A stretch of 64,000 bases of DNA from an uncultured delta proteobacterium (lineage in GTDB: Bacteria; Desulfobacterota; Binatia; UBA9968), in contig CAWJBB010000041.1 of assembly GCA_963840855.1 (NCBI GenBank), positions 32,001-96,000 on the forward strand, in the 5' to 3' direction. Both the position numbers and the translations under genes were made by a program. The notes under the pieces were generated by a model. The model searched no databases, was not told where the DNA came from, and saw nothing but the letters and a program-made list of their open reading frames with translations. The stretch's first letter is position 1. Every line of letters starts with the position of its first letter. Below, piece by piece: positions 41,263-50,904 of this stretch.

Positions 41263-42081
41263 ATGAACGGTAACCACCCGGCGCCGGCATCGCAGATTCT
41301 GTTGGGGAAGCGCATCGTGATTACGCGGGCCCGGGCCCAAGCGGATAGCTTGGCGCGCAGAATTGAAGAGCAGGGTGGCGAGGTGATCGAATTCCCGACG
41401 ATTGAGATACATCCTCCTAGGGATCCACGGCCGCTCGAGGAAGCCATCAAAAAATTAAATTGCTACGACTGGCTGATGTTCACCAGCACCAACGGCGTCG
41501 AGAGATTTTTTGAATGCATGGCTCAACATAAAAGAAGCGTGGCCGAACTGGAGGACGTTCAAATCGCCGCTATCGGGCCTGAAACGGCGAAACGCTTGGA
41601 AACGGCCGGCGTGAAGAACTGCTTGGTGCCCGCGACTTACCAGGCCGAGGGCATTCTTGACGTCCTGAATACGGCGGCCATGCGCGGCAAGCGCGTCCTG
41701 ATCCCACGCGCGGCAAAAGCGCGAGAAATTTTACCCGAAACGCTAAGGCAGTGGGGCGCCGAGGTCGATGTCGTCGAAACCTATCGCACGGTCATTCCGC
41801 AAGCCGACACAGGCAAGCTGAAAGAAACGCTCCGGCGGCGGGCCATCGACATGGTTACGTTCACTAGTCCCAGCACAGTATCGAATTTCGCGCGGCTGTT
41901 CGACGGGCAACGGTTGGCGGATATCTTGGCCGAAACGCCGATTGCCTGCATCGGACCGATCACAAAAAAAACCATCGAAGAGCTAGGCGGTATCGCTGCA
42001 GTATCGGCGCGGGAGTTTACGATTCCCGGATTGGTATACGCTATGGTCGAATATTTCCAAGGCAATTTGCCCCCACCCTAA
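41263..42081 (+). CDS. hemD: Uroporphyrinogen-III synthase
   Basis: ITRA, FTSTNGV, AIGPET, YRT, FTSPS, CIGPIT. Confidence 0.93.
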   Translation: MNGNHPAPASQILLGKRIVITRARAQADSLARRIEEQGGEVIEFPTIEIHPPRDPRPLEEAIKKLNCYDWLMFTSTNGVERFFECMAQHKRSVAELEDVQIAAIGPETAKRLETAGVKNCLVPATYQAEGILDVLNTAAMRGKRVLIPRAAKAREILPETLRQWGAEVDVVETYRTVIPQADTGKLKETLRRRAIDMVTFTSPSTVSNFARLFDGQRLADILAETPIACIGPITKKTIEELGGIAAVSAREFTIPGLVYAMVEYFQGNLPPP

Positions 42082-42127
42082 CCTGCGCAAGCGGGGGAGG
42101 AAATGGGAGGGGAGGTCGGAGAAACAA

Positions 42128-43105
42128 ATGGACTTTCCGCGTTACCGGCCAAGACGACTGAGACGCAATGAAAGAATCAGGACGATGGTGCGTGAAACGA
42201 GCCTCAGCCCGAAGAATCTCATCTATCCGCTATTCATCGGTCCGGGAAAGGACAAGGTTCAGCCGGTTTCGTCCATGCCCGGCGTGGCGCAATTGTCCGT
42301 AGACCGCGCGGCGCGCGAGTGCGAGGAGGCCAGCGCGTTAGGAATACCGGCGGTAATTCTCTTCGGTATTCCGGAACACAAAGATGGCGTGGGCAGCGAA
42401 GCCTACGCTGACGACGGTGTGGTGCAGCGGGCGATTCGGCTCATGAAAGAGAAAACTCCCGAGATGCTGGTGATCACCGATGTCTGTTTGTGCGAATACA
42501 CCGACCATGGCCACTGTGGGGTGATCAAAAATGGCGACGTTGACAACGACAGCACCCTGGAGTTGCTCGCGAAAGAAGCGCTGTCTCACGCCCGCGCCGG
42601 CGCCGATATTGTCGGGCCATCGGATATGATGGATGGGCGGGTCGGCGCGATTCGCAAGTCGCTCGACGAAAACGGTTTTGCGCACACCGCGATCATGGCT
42701 TACGCGGCTAAATACGCGTCGGGATTTTACGGGCCGTTTCGCGAAGCGGCGGAGTCGACACCGCAGTTCGGCGACCGCCGCTCGTACCAGATGGACCCGG
42801 CAAACGCAGATGAGGCGTTGCGGGAAGTCGAAATGGACATCCGCGAGGGCGCGGACATCGTCATGGTAAAACCGGCGATGGCCTACCTCGACGTCGTTTA
42901 CCGCGTCAAGCAGAAGTTCGGCTATCCGGTGGCTGCCTATAACGTCAGCGGCGAGTACTCGATGATCAAAGCGGCGGGGGCCAACGGCTGGATCGACGAA
43001 CAGCGCATCATGATGGAGGTTCTACTTTCGATCCGCCGCGCCGGCGCGGACATGATTCTTACCTATTTCGCCAAAGATGCGGCGCGGCTGCTGCACCGAG
43101 AATAA
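42128..43105 (+). CDS. hemB: Porphobilinogen synthase
   Basis: [35 protein letters not shown]. Confidence 0.98.
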   Translation: MDFPRYRPRRLRRNERIRTMVRETSLSPKNLIYPLFIGPGKDKVQPVSSMPGVAQLSVDRAARECEEASALGIPAVILFGIPEHKDGVGSEAYADDGVVQRAIRLMKEKTPEMLVITDVCLCEYTDHGHCGVIKNGDVDNDSTLELLAKEALSHARAGADIVGPSDMMDGRVGAIRKSLDENGFAHTAIMAYAAKYASGFYGPFREAAESTPQFGDRRSYQMDPANADEALREVEMDIREGADIVMVKPAMAYLDVVYRVKQKFGYPVAAYNVSGEYSMIKAAGANGWIDEQRIMMEVLLSIRRAGADMILTYFAKDAARLLHRE

Positions 43106-43106
43106 C

Positions 43107-43180
43107 AGTTCAAAACGTTCGATTCGCGAGTGCCCTGAGACGATTTGAATGACTCGAACGTTCGAAATGGTTTGAACGGA
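43107..43180. repeat. Inverted 9-nt-period GTTCAA/TTGAAC array
   Basis: Degenerate copy of the family at 43459, 50773, 56526, 58315, 62705. Confidence 0.6.
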
Positions 43181-43184
43181 AATT

Positions 43185-43448
43185 CTAAATCAAATTCCAC
43201 AGGTCTTTGATTTTACGCCTGAGGGTGCGTTCGCATTCGGCTTCCCGCCCGTCGCCGTGCGCCTGGCCATAGGATAAGCGGAAGAGCAGGACACGGGCGC
43301 CTTTGCCAAGTCGGATCAAGTAAGTGTTCGAGTCAGGGTGGTCGTCGTGGACATCTACGGTGAGCTCCTTGTCAACGGTAGACGAAATACGATTCGCCCA
43401 GGCAGCGATTTCCCGCGCGGCCTCCTCGCCCTTCTTGTCGGTGAGCAT
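43185..43448 (-). CDS. Hypothetical protein
   Basis: 87-aa ORF with protein-like composition, flanked by repeat arrays. Confidence 0.55.
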   Translation of the reverse strand: MLTDKKGEEAAREIAAWANRISSTVDKELTVDVHDDHPDSNTYLIRLGKGARVLLFRLSYGQAHGDGREAECERTLRRKIKDLWNLI

Positions 43449-43458
43449 CTAAAACGTA

Positions 43459-43558
43459 TCGTTCAAGCGGTTCAAAACGTTGAAACAGTTCAAGCCGTTT
43501 TGGATTGGATGAATCGAGACGATTTGAATCGCTTGAACGGCTTGAACGATTTGAACGG
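43459..43558. repeat. Inverted 9-nt-period GTTCAA/TTGAAC array
   Basis: CGTTCAAGCGGTTCAAAACGTTGAAACAGTTCAAG ... TTGAATCGCTTGAACGGCTTGAACGATTTGAACGG. Confidence 0.8.
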
Positions 43559-43560
43559 AG

Positions 43561-44558
43561 TCATTTTTTCTTATAGAGGCTGTCGATATAGCCGCTCTGG
43601 TCAAGTTCCCTGATAAAACTTGAATCGGCGAATTGTTCGGGTTTGGCGCTCTTCGCCCGCGGGTCCCGCTCCGCAATCTCGTTGAGAACCGTCTTCAAGC
43701 CCTCTAGGCTCGGGTACTGCTTTTTCGAAAATAGCGTTTCGCTCATGACGTTTTCGTAGCTCTTCTCCAGAAACTCTCGTTCTACGCCCGGCATGTGTTT
43801 ACCGATGGCACGGATGGTGGCTTCCTTGTCCGTCCACATTTTGTGCACTGCTTCAACGTGAGCCTTGACGTAGCGGCGGACTGTGTCCTGGTGCTCGCGG
43901 ATATATTTTTTGGTGGTTGCCGCGCCGGTGTGCTGAAACACCAACCCCATCTTCGCCACATCCGCGAGCACCGCGAGGCCGCGCTTTTCGGCCATGAAGC
44001 TGGAAGGAGGGTTGATGACCGCCGCGGTTACTTTGCCGGTCACCAACGCGTTGAGGCGCTCAGGTCCGCTGCCTACCTGCACGAGCGTTACATCTTTGCC
44101 CGGCGTGAGCCCCACGTTCCGCAGCGCAAAACGGGCGATGGAGTCGGTGGCCGAACCGAACCGGCTAATCGCCAGGGTTCCGCCTTTAAGTTGTTCCGTG
44201 GTTTTGACTCCTTGCCTGCCCATCAGTACGTAGTTGAGGGAAGTAATGCCAGAAGCGACGAACACCGAGTCGGAACCCGCCAGAGAACTGCTTACCAGGC
44301 CGGGTCCGGACACCTGGGTGATCGGCACATCACCGGAGACCAGCGCGAGAATGGCCGTCGTGCCGCCGGTGAAAAAAATCAACTGCACTTCCAGGCCGTT
44401 CTTGGTGAAGATGCCGCTGTCCTTGGCAACCCAGGCCGGCAACTGGTCGGCGCTGACAGCGCTATAGCCGACGTTGAGGCGGGTCATCTGTGCCGACGCC
44501 GAAAACGCGCAGCTAGAATAAACGCGAGGTAGATGGCGAAGGCGAGAAGCTTATTCAT
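43561..44558 (-). CDS. NitT/TauT-family ABC substrate-binding protein, frameshift in the signal peptide near 44505
   Basis: ATG 44558 MNKLLAFAIYLAFIL then shifted to AFSASAQMTRLNVGY; AISRFGS. Confidence 0.85.
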
Positions 44559-44626
44559 TTTTACTACGGAACCCTCCGGAAGACATATTTTGAAGAATAG
44601 TACCGAACGGGGCGGCTAGAAACAAG

Positions 44627-44653
44627 AAAGCCCCTGGCGGGGCAGGGGCTTTC
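44627..44653 (-). terminator. Rho-independent terminator after cytochrome c'
   Basis: AAAGCCCCTG-loop-CAGGGGCTTT hairpin followed by a U-rich tract on the minus strand. Confidence 0.7.
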
Positions 44654-44696
44654 CTGGGAGTGAATGTTTTGCCGTTGCGACTGGACGAATGACAAC

Positions 44697-45143
44697 CTAT
44701 TCGGAGTATTTGTCGGCCCGGAAGGGTTTGTGGCAATTACCGCAAGCTCCGCTCACAGCTTTTACCTTCGCATCTACGGCTCCGGCGTCACCACTCTTGG
44801 CCGCGGCTGCGAGCTCACCAGCCGCTTTGCTCAAGTTCTTGGCGTTGGCGCCGAAATCATCCGATTTTTCCCAAATCGCCGCCGTTGCCTTGGTTTTGCC
44901 TTTGGTGCTTCCCTTTGGGAAGTGTTCGACGATTTTGTCGGCGCTGCCCATGAGATCCTTCGCTTTGGCTTCCACCGTCGCGTAGTCTTTCGACTCGACG
45001 GCGCCCTTTATCGCCTTGGCAGCGGCGCTCTGGCCTTTCATCAGTTGCTGGCGCTTCTCAATGACATCGGCCTGCGCGAACGCCTGCGAAGAGAATACCA
45101 AAGTCGTGAAGATCGCCGCCGCGATCAAAAAGTATTTGCCCAT
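44697..45143 (-). CDS. Cytochrome c' / c556 (class II cytochrome c)
   Basis: Signal peptide, RQQLMK, FPKGS..AAIW, C-terminal CGNCH. Confidence 0.9.
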   Translation of the reverse strand: MGKYFLIAAAIFTTLVFSSQAFAQADVIEKRQQLMKGQSAAAKAIKGAVESKDYATVEAKAKDLMGSADKIVEHFPKGSTKGKTKATAAIWEKSDDFGANAKNLSKAAGELAAAAKSGDAGAVDAKVKAVSGACGNCHKPFRADKYSE

Positions 45144-45185
45144 AAAGATTGATATCTCCTTTCCTTTTGTGGAATTCGTTAACGT

Positions 45186-45732
45186 CTATTTTTTGTTGAC
45201 TTTCTTCACTTCATTTAAAAGCTGTTCGGTCGAGAGCAAATCTTTCTCCGTGTTCGTCGGCCGAATGTTGAGATACTGGATCACCCCCTCTTTATCGATA
45301 ATGATGTAAGATCGTTTGGCGAGTTTTCTCGGCTCGTCATAGACGCCATACGACTGCATCACTTTACCGTCTCTATCGCTCAGTAATGGGTAGTTGATTT
45401 TGGCGAAGTCTACGAACGCCTTCTGGGAAAACGTGAGCGTTGGCGCTAATCCCTAAGACTTCAGTGTTCTCGGCCTTAAACATCGCAAGATTGTCCGAAC
45501 CGGACGCCTGCAGGTCCTTGATTCAGGTTGGACTAAAATCGAGCACGTAGAAATTGATGAGTACGTTCTTACCTTTCAGGCTACTCAATTTGAGCTTGCC
45601 ACCCGAGGTGCTGTCAAGTTCAAAATCGGGAGCGGGTTGCCCCACTTCGACGGCCGCAATAGAAGAGACCGAAAACAGTGTCATGAGGGCACCGAGCATC
45701 CCGGCCAACATCGCATTTCTAACGCGTGCCAT
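45186..45732 (-). CDS. Exported AhpC/TSA peroxiredoxin with selenocysteine at the peroxidatic site (UGA 45523-45525); one indel near 45435
   Basis: VGQPAPDF...FYVLDFSPT-UGA-IKDLQ...VLGISAN...YPLLSD...YGV...KRSYIIIDKEGVI; SECIS-like hairpin; AGGAG RBS. Confidence 0.85.
45484..45512 (-). promoter_or_regulatory. Candidate bacterial SECIS element
   Basis: Minus strand TGCAGG-C-GTCC-GGTTC-GGAC-AAT-CTTGCG; G-starting loop 21 nt after the UGA. Confidence 0.7.
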
Positions 45733-45783
45733 ATGAAATCTCCTTGCCAAACGTTTGTTAACGAGCGGCCCTTTATGCCGTAC

Positions 45784-45802
45784 ATTTGACAAATTGTCAA
45801 AT
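45784..45802. promoter_or_regulatory. Perfect inverted repeat, candidate operator
   Basis: ATTTGACA-AAT-TGTCAAAT upstream of the peroxiredoxin. Confidence 0.55.
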
Positions 45803-45855
45803 TAAACTACGGGCGCTTTTGCCCTCTGCGGCCAGCTTTGCCATTATGGCTCAAA

Positions 45856-46617
45856 CTAGGGATTAAGCCTCTGGTATATCGCGTTGGCGACCTTTAAAAG
45901 CTCGTCTTTCGGCATCTCTCCGGACAGCGCATAGCTTAGACGACGGTCGAGCCAATAAAATACAGCGACCTTTCCTTGTTGGGAATATCGGAAAGCAGTT
46001 TCACGCTCTGAGCTGGGATCGGTCTTTACGTACAGGGTCAAGCGCTTGCCGCTTGGGTCCTGGTACATGAACTGCGCCACTGGTCCCTGATCGCCCGGAA
46101 GCAAGCGTCCGCCCACTAGTTCGAAGCCGAGATCGACCAGGTGCGGGACTCTGAGCTTACCGCCCAACCGCTTTGAGAGCCAGTTTACCAGGTGTTCTTC
46201 CTGCTCCGCGGTTACTTCCACGGGGTGGCGCACTTCTGGGGTGTAAACCGTATGGGCGAGGGCCGCCTGCCGGGCAAAATCAACGTCCTTTGCTGACCTG
46301 CTGGTTGTTTCTCCGCGCAGAAACCAACCCAATATTCCCCCGACAACGATCCAAGCCAGGGCCGCGGCAACGGCTTTTGCCGGGAAGGGCCAGCGGCGCG
46401 CCAAAGTTTGCCACTTCGCTGGGACAGGTTCAGCTAGCACTGGGTCGAAGAAAGCATGCAGTATCCGATTTTGCTCCTGGTAAGCTTGCACCCGCGCCTG
46501 TTCCTGTGGATTGCCGGAGAGAAAAGTTTCCACTTCGCCCCGGCGTTCCTGCGCCAGCCCGCCGTCAACATAAGCGTGTAAGTCAGTTTCTGATACGGCT
46601 GCGCTTTGGGTGGTCAT
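45856..46617 (-). CDS. Transmembrane anti-sigma factor (PrtR/RsiW-like)
   Basis: LHAYVDG, one TM helix, HPVEV...HLVNWLSKRL, LVGGRLLP. Confidence 0.88.
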   Translation of the reverse strand: MTTQSAAVSETDLHAYVDGGLAQERRGEVETFLSGNPQEQARVQAYQEQNRILHAFFDPVLAEPVPAKWQTLARRWPFPAKAVAAALAWIVVGGILGWFLRGETTSRSAKDVDFARQAALAHTVYTPEVRHPVEVTAEQEEHLVNWLSKRLGGKLRVPHLVDLGFELVGGRLLPGDQGPVAQFMYQDPSGKRLTLYVKTDPSSERETAFRYSQQGKVAVFYWLDRRLSYALSGEMPKDELLKVANAIYQRLNP

Positions 46618-47183
46618 TTGATCACCTTGAGTTGCGCCGCAGAACTGCCTCTGTTCATCATCGAGCGCAGTTGTTCGCGGCCGCGGGACAAACGGGACAT
46701 GACGGTGCCGATAGGCACGCCGAGGACCTTTGCTGCTTCGTCATAGGACAGCTGTTCTAACCCAATCAATAATACGACTTCCCTTTGTTCATGGGGCAAT
46801 CGCTGCAGGAATTTGTTCAGGTCGATTAACTCGAGCTGATTGTCGTGTGTCGGCGAAACTTGCAAATCAACTTCGTTATGCCCGATGCCCTGACTCGTGC
46901 GCCGTCGTCCGGCCTTGAGTTGGTTGACATAAAGATTGTGCATAATTGTGAAGAGCCAAGCGCGCAGGTCGCTGCCCGGACGCCAAAGTGCCATGCGCTT
47001 CCAACCCCTCTCGATGGTATCCTGCACTAGGTCTTCCGCCGAGGTGAAATCACCGGTCAACGCTCTTGCGTAGCGGCGTAGTTGCGGAATGTAGTTGATT
47101 ATGCCGTCAGCATCCGCCACGGTCGTCTCGACTCCTCGCTCATTATGACGCTGGCCGCGCGATCTCGCGAGAAACCTTTTCAT
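46614..47183 (-). CDS. ECF RNA polymerase sigma factor
   Basis: LRRYARAL..AEDLVQD, AWLFTIMHN, GTVMSRLSRGR; start uncertain. Confidence 0.92.
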   Translation of the reverse strand: MKRFLARSRGQRHNERGVETTVADADGIINYIPQLRRYARALTGDFTSAEDLVQDTIERGWKRMALWRPGSDLRAWLFTIMHNLYVNQLKAGRRRTSQGIGHNEVDLQVSPTHDNQLELIDLNKFLQRLPHEQREVVLLIGLEQLSYDEAAKVLGVPIGTVMSRLSRGREQLRSMMNRGSSAAQLKVIK

Positions 47184-47253
47184 GAGCAAACAACCCGCCA
47201 ACGGAATTTATTCCCCAAACCGGCAATTTTAGTCGCGCCGTCGGCCGCTGTTT

Positions 47254-49674
47254 CTAGCTCGCTGGTTTTAGTAAGAGCAGTGGCCAATGGCGAATTTGTT
47301 CTTCGTTGCCACTGAGTTCGATGTAGTCCTGCCTTTGCCATCGCGCCGTTTGGTCACGGAAGTGTTGAGAGAAGGGATGACCGGATTGGCCTGACGGGAG
47401 GATGAACTTTGACCGAATACTTGGCCCGGTCTCGACGATCATTCTCATGGAGGGACCGACGGTATGTTGATAAGGGTTTGAATGACGGTAAAAGCCAAGA
47501 TTGATCGTAAAGTTGTCGCCGCCAGAGGGGAAGGGCCCTACCGAGAAAACTGGACGTAAGAAGCCGATCCGGCTGAAAGCGTGATTCAAAGTCAAGGTAT
47601 GGAGCTTGCCCCACTGCCAGTGAACTTGCTCCGGACCGAGAGATTCCGTGAGTTTGGCGCAGGCCTCGGCCAGGGCCGAGCGCACCAGTTCTCCGCGTGG
47701 CCGCTCGGTAAACCAGGGTGAGGCCGGGTTACCCAGAATCTTATCGATAGGTACAATGCTCTGATTGATAATTTCGACGTAGGTAACGAAGAACTCTTCG
47801 CTCAAAGCTGGAACCAGGAGGCTCTTGATAAGCTGGTGATGAAACACATGGAAGATTGTCGCTGCGACGCTATCCGTACCGCAGTGACCGTCCCAACGAA
47901 GCAGGTAATCGGCGGCGGCCATGAGATCGCTTCCATCGGCGCGTATTGCCGCTAGCTCGGCGCTGAGGGTCGCAATTAGTTCCCTGGCGTGAAGTGAAAC
48001 AAGATCACCCTGCGTGGCTGACATGTTCTTGATTGAGTGGGTCTCGCTTGCCGCGAGCAGTTGGCGGATGCGCCGTGCACGATATGGGGGCTCGAAGAAT
48101 CCCGAAAGATAATGTTCGAAAGCGTCATCCACAATCTGATTATTGGCGTTGGCGATGGCGCCCTCAGAGGGATTGAACAGGCGCGGCAAATCGCGAAAGG
48201 GCACAAAACCTCGCCATTCATTTTCGCCGCGCCAACCCTCGCGCGGCAATACCGATGGCGCGCCGGTCCGTAGTGGAACCTTGCCGGCGAGGCTGTAGCC
48301 GATGTTTCCCAGACGGTCGGCATAGACGAAGTTTAAGCTCGGGGCGGATTGATAGGATAGCGCCTCGAGAAATTCATCCCAGTTGCGCGCGCGATTAAGA
48401 CGATAGAGACCGCTAAAATCCTGGCTCGCCTCATGGGCGGTCCAGCGCAGGCTCAAGGCTTCCGGCCCTGATAATCGCCCAGCAAAATCGCTGATCACCG
48501 GGCCGTGGCGAGTCCAGCGTACGGTTTTCTCGACCAAACCTTTCCGCCTGACGCGGATGCTTTCGCCATGGCGGTCCATCAAAAACCAGCGGCCGTCTAT
48601 TTGGTAGCGGTCAGGCTCCAACGGATGGATTTTCTCGCAATAAACGTCGACATCGTCGCACAGCGCCGCGGTAATGCCCCAGGTGATCCATCTGTTGTGC
48701 CCGACCTGGATGCCCGGACAGCCGGGTAAAGAGGCGCCCCAGACCTCGTAGCTATCATTTTGAGGTGGCTCGGCGTCGGCTTTCAAATGCATCAAGTACC
48801 AAACCGATGGCACCATCATGCGCAGGTGTGGATCGTTGCACAGAATCGCGCAGCCAGCATCGGAACGGCTCGGGCCAATCACCCAAGCGTTGCTGCCGTG
48901 CCCCGCGGGGTAACAATCGTTTGCGGCGAGCATGCCCGCGGTAAAACGCCAGAGGTGCCGCGTCGAATCCCACATAGCGTGAGTAATCGTAAAGTTGCCG
49001 TCGTAACCCAACGGATAAAGGTCGTGCAGCTTTTCCGGCTCGCCGGCGAGCTTGGCCGCGACCGCAATGGCGTTCAGGCGCGTGAACAGCGGCAGTGACA
49101 GAAGAAACGCAAAGCCTTTGCCGATTGTGAGAGTGTCCTCGGGCCGCCACGGATCGGGTGTATAATGCAGCAAGCGAAACTCCAACGGCAAACGTTTACC
49201 GCATTGCTCGATGAATCTATTAACGCCGTCGCTATAGGCTTCAAGCCGCCGCCGATCCTCCTCGCTAAGCATGCCGGCGGACGCGAGCGCGGCGCGGCGG
49301 ATGCCGATTAGGCGCATGAAATAATCGGCGTCGACGCTGTCGCAGCCGCGAAATTGGCTGGTGAGCTCTTGCCACGGAACGACAACCTGCCCGAGGATCT
49401 CGGCCAGGCGTCCCGAGAGAAAGCGCCGGTTGAAATCCATCTGCCAGAGCCTCTCCTGGGCATGCAGGTAGCCTTGCGCGAAAAATAAATCATGTTCATT
49501 CGCCGCGAAAACATGGGGAATGCCTTCGCTCTGCCAGAAGACACTCACTTGTTTTTCTAGGCCGCGAAGAGCGAGTTCGCCGCGGTAGCGCGGCAGCGAA
49601 GGTTTGGCGAGATGGCGAAGATACGGGCGGAGCAGGGCCGAAAAGACTCTAGCAGGTTGCTGAAAAAGACTCAT
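47254..49674 (-). CDS. Penicillin acylase family Ntn-hydrolase
   Basis: GIPH, AQERLWQMD, catalytic GSNAW, NDPHL, GQSGHP; start lies inside a repeat. Confidence 0.9.
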   Translation of the reverse strand: MSLFQQPARVFSALLRPYLRHLAKPSLPRYRGELALRGLEKQVSVFWQSEGIPHVFAANEHDLFFAQGYLHAQERLWQMDFNRRFLSGRLAEILGQVVVPWQELTSQFRGCDSVDADYFMRLIGIRRAALASAGMLSEEDRRRLEAYSDGVNRFIEQCGKRLPLEFRLLHYTPDPWRPEDTLTIGKGFAFLLSLPLFTRLNAIAVAAKLAGEPEKLHDLYPLGYDGNFTITHAMWDSTRHLWRFTAGMLAANDCYPAGHGSNAWVIGPSRSDAGCAILCNDPHLRMMVPSVWYLMHLKADAEPPQNDSYEVWGASLPGCPGIQVGHNRWITWGITAALCDDVDVYCEKIHPLEPDRYQIDGRWFLMDRHGESIRVRRKGLVEKTVRWTRHGPVISDFAGRLSGPEALSLRWTAHEASQDFSGLYRLNRARNWDEFLEALSYQSAPSLNFVYADRLGNIGYSLAGKVPLRTGAPSVLPREGWRGENEWRGFVPFRDLPRLFNPSEGAIANANNQIVDDAFEHYLSGFFEPPYRARRIRQLLAASETHSIKNMSATQGDLVSLHARELIATLSAELAAIRADGSDLMAAADYLLRWDGHCGTDSVAATIFHVFHHQLIKSLLVPALSEEFFVTYVEIINQSIVPIDKILGNPASPWFTERPRGELVRSALAEACAKLTESLGPEQVHWQWGKLHTLTLNHAFSRIGFLRPVFSVGPFPSGGDNFTINLGFYRHSNPYQHTVGPSMRMIVETGPSIRSKFILPSGQSGHPFSQHFRDQTARWQRQDYIELSGNEEQIRHWPLLLLKPAS

Positions 49675-49829
49675 ATGCTTCGTTGCGCGCGATCACCTCA
49701 TAGTGACTGGAGTGCTGGAGTACTGGAGTGGCGGAATGATGGGCTCGAGCCCCAATCCTCCAATACTCCGTTACTCCAACGCTCCATTTCATTCGCGCGC
49801 CTCGCCTCTGAGATCTTTGAGCAGCCTGC
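49652..49829. repeat. MITE-like palindrome with a nested inverted 8-nt-period array
   Basis: GCAGGTTGCTGAAA...TTTGAGCAGCCTGC ends; internal GGAGTGCTGGAGTACTGGAGTG / TACTCCGTTACTCCAACGCTCC. Confidence 0.75.
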
Positions 49830-49852
49830 AATCAGAGTTATTCAGCGGGCCG

Positions 49853-50455
49853 CTAAAGAATCGTTTTAACCGATGGGCGGTCTTTCATTCTCTGCAGATA
49901 TTTGCCCAGGCGGGGCAGTGAGGGATCCGGTAACACGCCAAAACCTTCAAGCCGCGTAAAGCGCGGGATCAAGTCAGCGTCAACCAGGGAAAAATTACCC
50001 ATCAGATACTCTTTATCACCGAGTTCTTGTTCCAGACGCTGGAGCCGTTTCTTGATGTCCTCTTTTGCCGCATTGAGGGTCTCCTGGTTGCGCTCCTTTT
50101 CGTCCTTTGTCATTTCCATGCGCAACTTCGTATACGCCGAGTCCATTTGCGTCAGGCCGAAATCGACCAGGATGCGGGCTTTCGCCCGCGCCCCAGGGTC
50201 AGTGGGCATGAGCCGCGTCGCCGGATACTTTTCATCTAGATATTCATTGATGATGCAGCTTTCGTACAGAACGTTGTCGCCATCGGCGATGGCCGGCACC
50301 TTGCCGTACGGATTGATCTTAAGATAATCGGGGGTTTTTTGTTCCCCGGCGCGTAGGTCGACGTTTACGGTCTCGTAGGGGATCTTCTTTTCCTCCAGGA
50401 CGACCTTTACGCGCTGGCAGTTGGGCGACGATTTGAAATCATAAAGCTTTAACAT
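49853..50455 (-). CDS. Glutathione S-transferase family protein
   Basis: SPNCQRV, NPYGKVP, YESCIINEYLDE, FSLVD. Confidence 0.92.
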   Translation of the reverse strand: MLKLYDFKSSPNCQRVKVVLEEKKIPYETVNVDLRAGEQKTPDYLKINPYGKVPAIADGDNVLYESCIINEYLDEKYPATRLMPTDPGARAKARILVDFGLTQMDSAYTKLRMEMTKDEKERNQETLNAAKEDIKKRLQRLEQELGDKEYLMGNFSLVDADLIPRFTRLEGFGVLPDPSLPRLGKYLQRMKDRPSVKTIL

Positions 50456-50548
50456 CTCTGTTCTCCCTTCATAGTGACTTTTTTTTGGGTGCCTATGATT
50501 TTTACACTAAGTAGCGAGAAAAAGGCAAAGGAAAGAGGGGTGCGAAAA

Positions 50549-50767
50549 ATGGCTTGATCTGACACTGGATTGGTGCTAAGCGCATTACTCAAATTGACGA
50601 AGGGGCGCGATCTTCATTTTATCGGCGCTAAAGTCACTACGGAACGCACCGAAGTGCGACCGTATCCGGTGGACGAGGTGGAGAACAAATACCACTTTAT
50701 TCGGCATGTGGAAATGACCGAGAAGATCGAGATTCTAAGGATGAATCTGCCGGCGAGCTACAGCTAA
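50549..50767 (+). CDS. Small hypothetical protein, possibly a selenoprotein (M-A-U-S...)
   Basis: GAGGGG RBS, ATG 50549, TGA as codon 3, then in frame with the 50570-50767 ORF. Confidence 0.45.
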
Positions 50768-50772
50768 ATTAG

Positions 50773-50888
50773 TCGTTCAAACGGTTTCCAGTCGTTCAAG
50801 TCGTTCAAACCGTGCGACAAGAGAATAGGTTCAAAGTGTTCAAGCACAGCGATCATTGACCGTTTGAACTGATTGAACGGTTTGAACC
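50773..50888. repeat. Inverted 9-nt-period GTTCAA/TTGAAC array
   Basis: TCGTTCAAACGGTTTCCAGTCGTTCAAGTCGTTCAAACCG ... CGTTTGAACTGATTGAACGGTTTGAACC. Confidence 0.75.
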
Positions 50889-50904
50889 TGAAAGATCATA
50901 AGAA

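Noticed and set aside
45523-45792. Truncated peroxiredoxin pseudogene
   Set aside because: The stop is TGA exactly at the catalytic position, with conserved downstream sequence and a SECIS-like hairpin.
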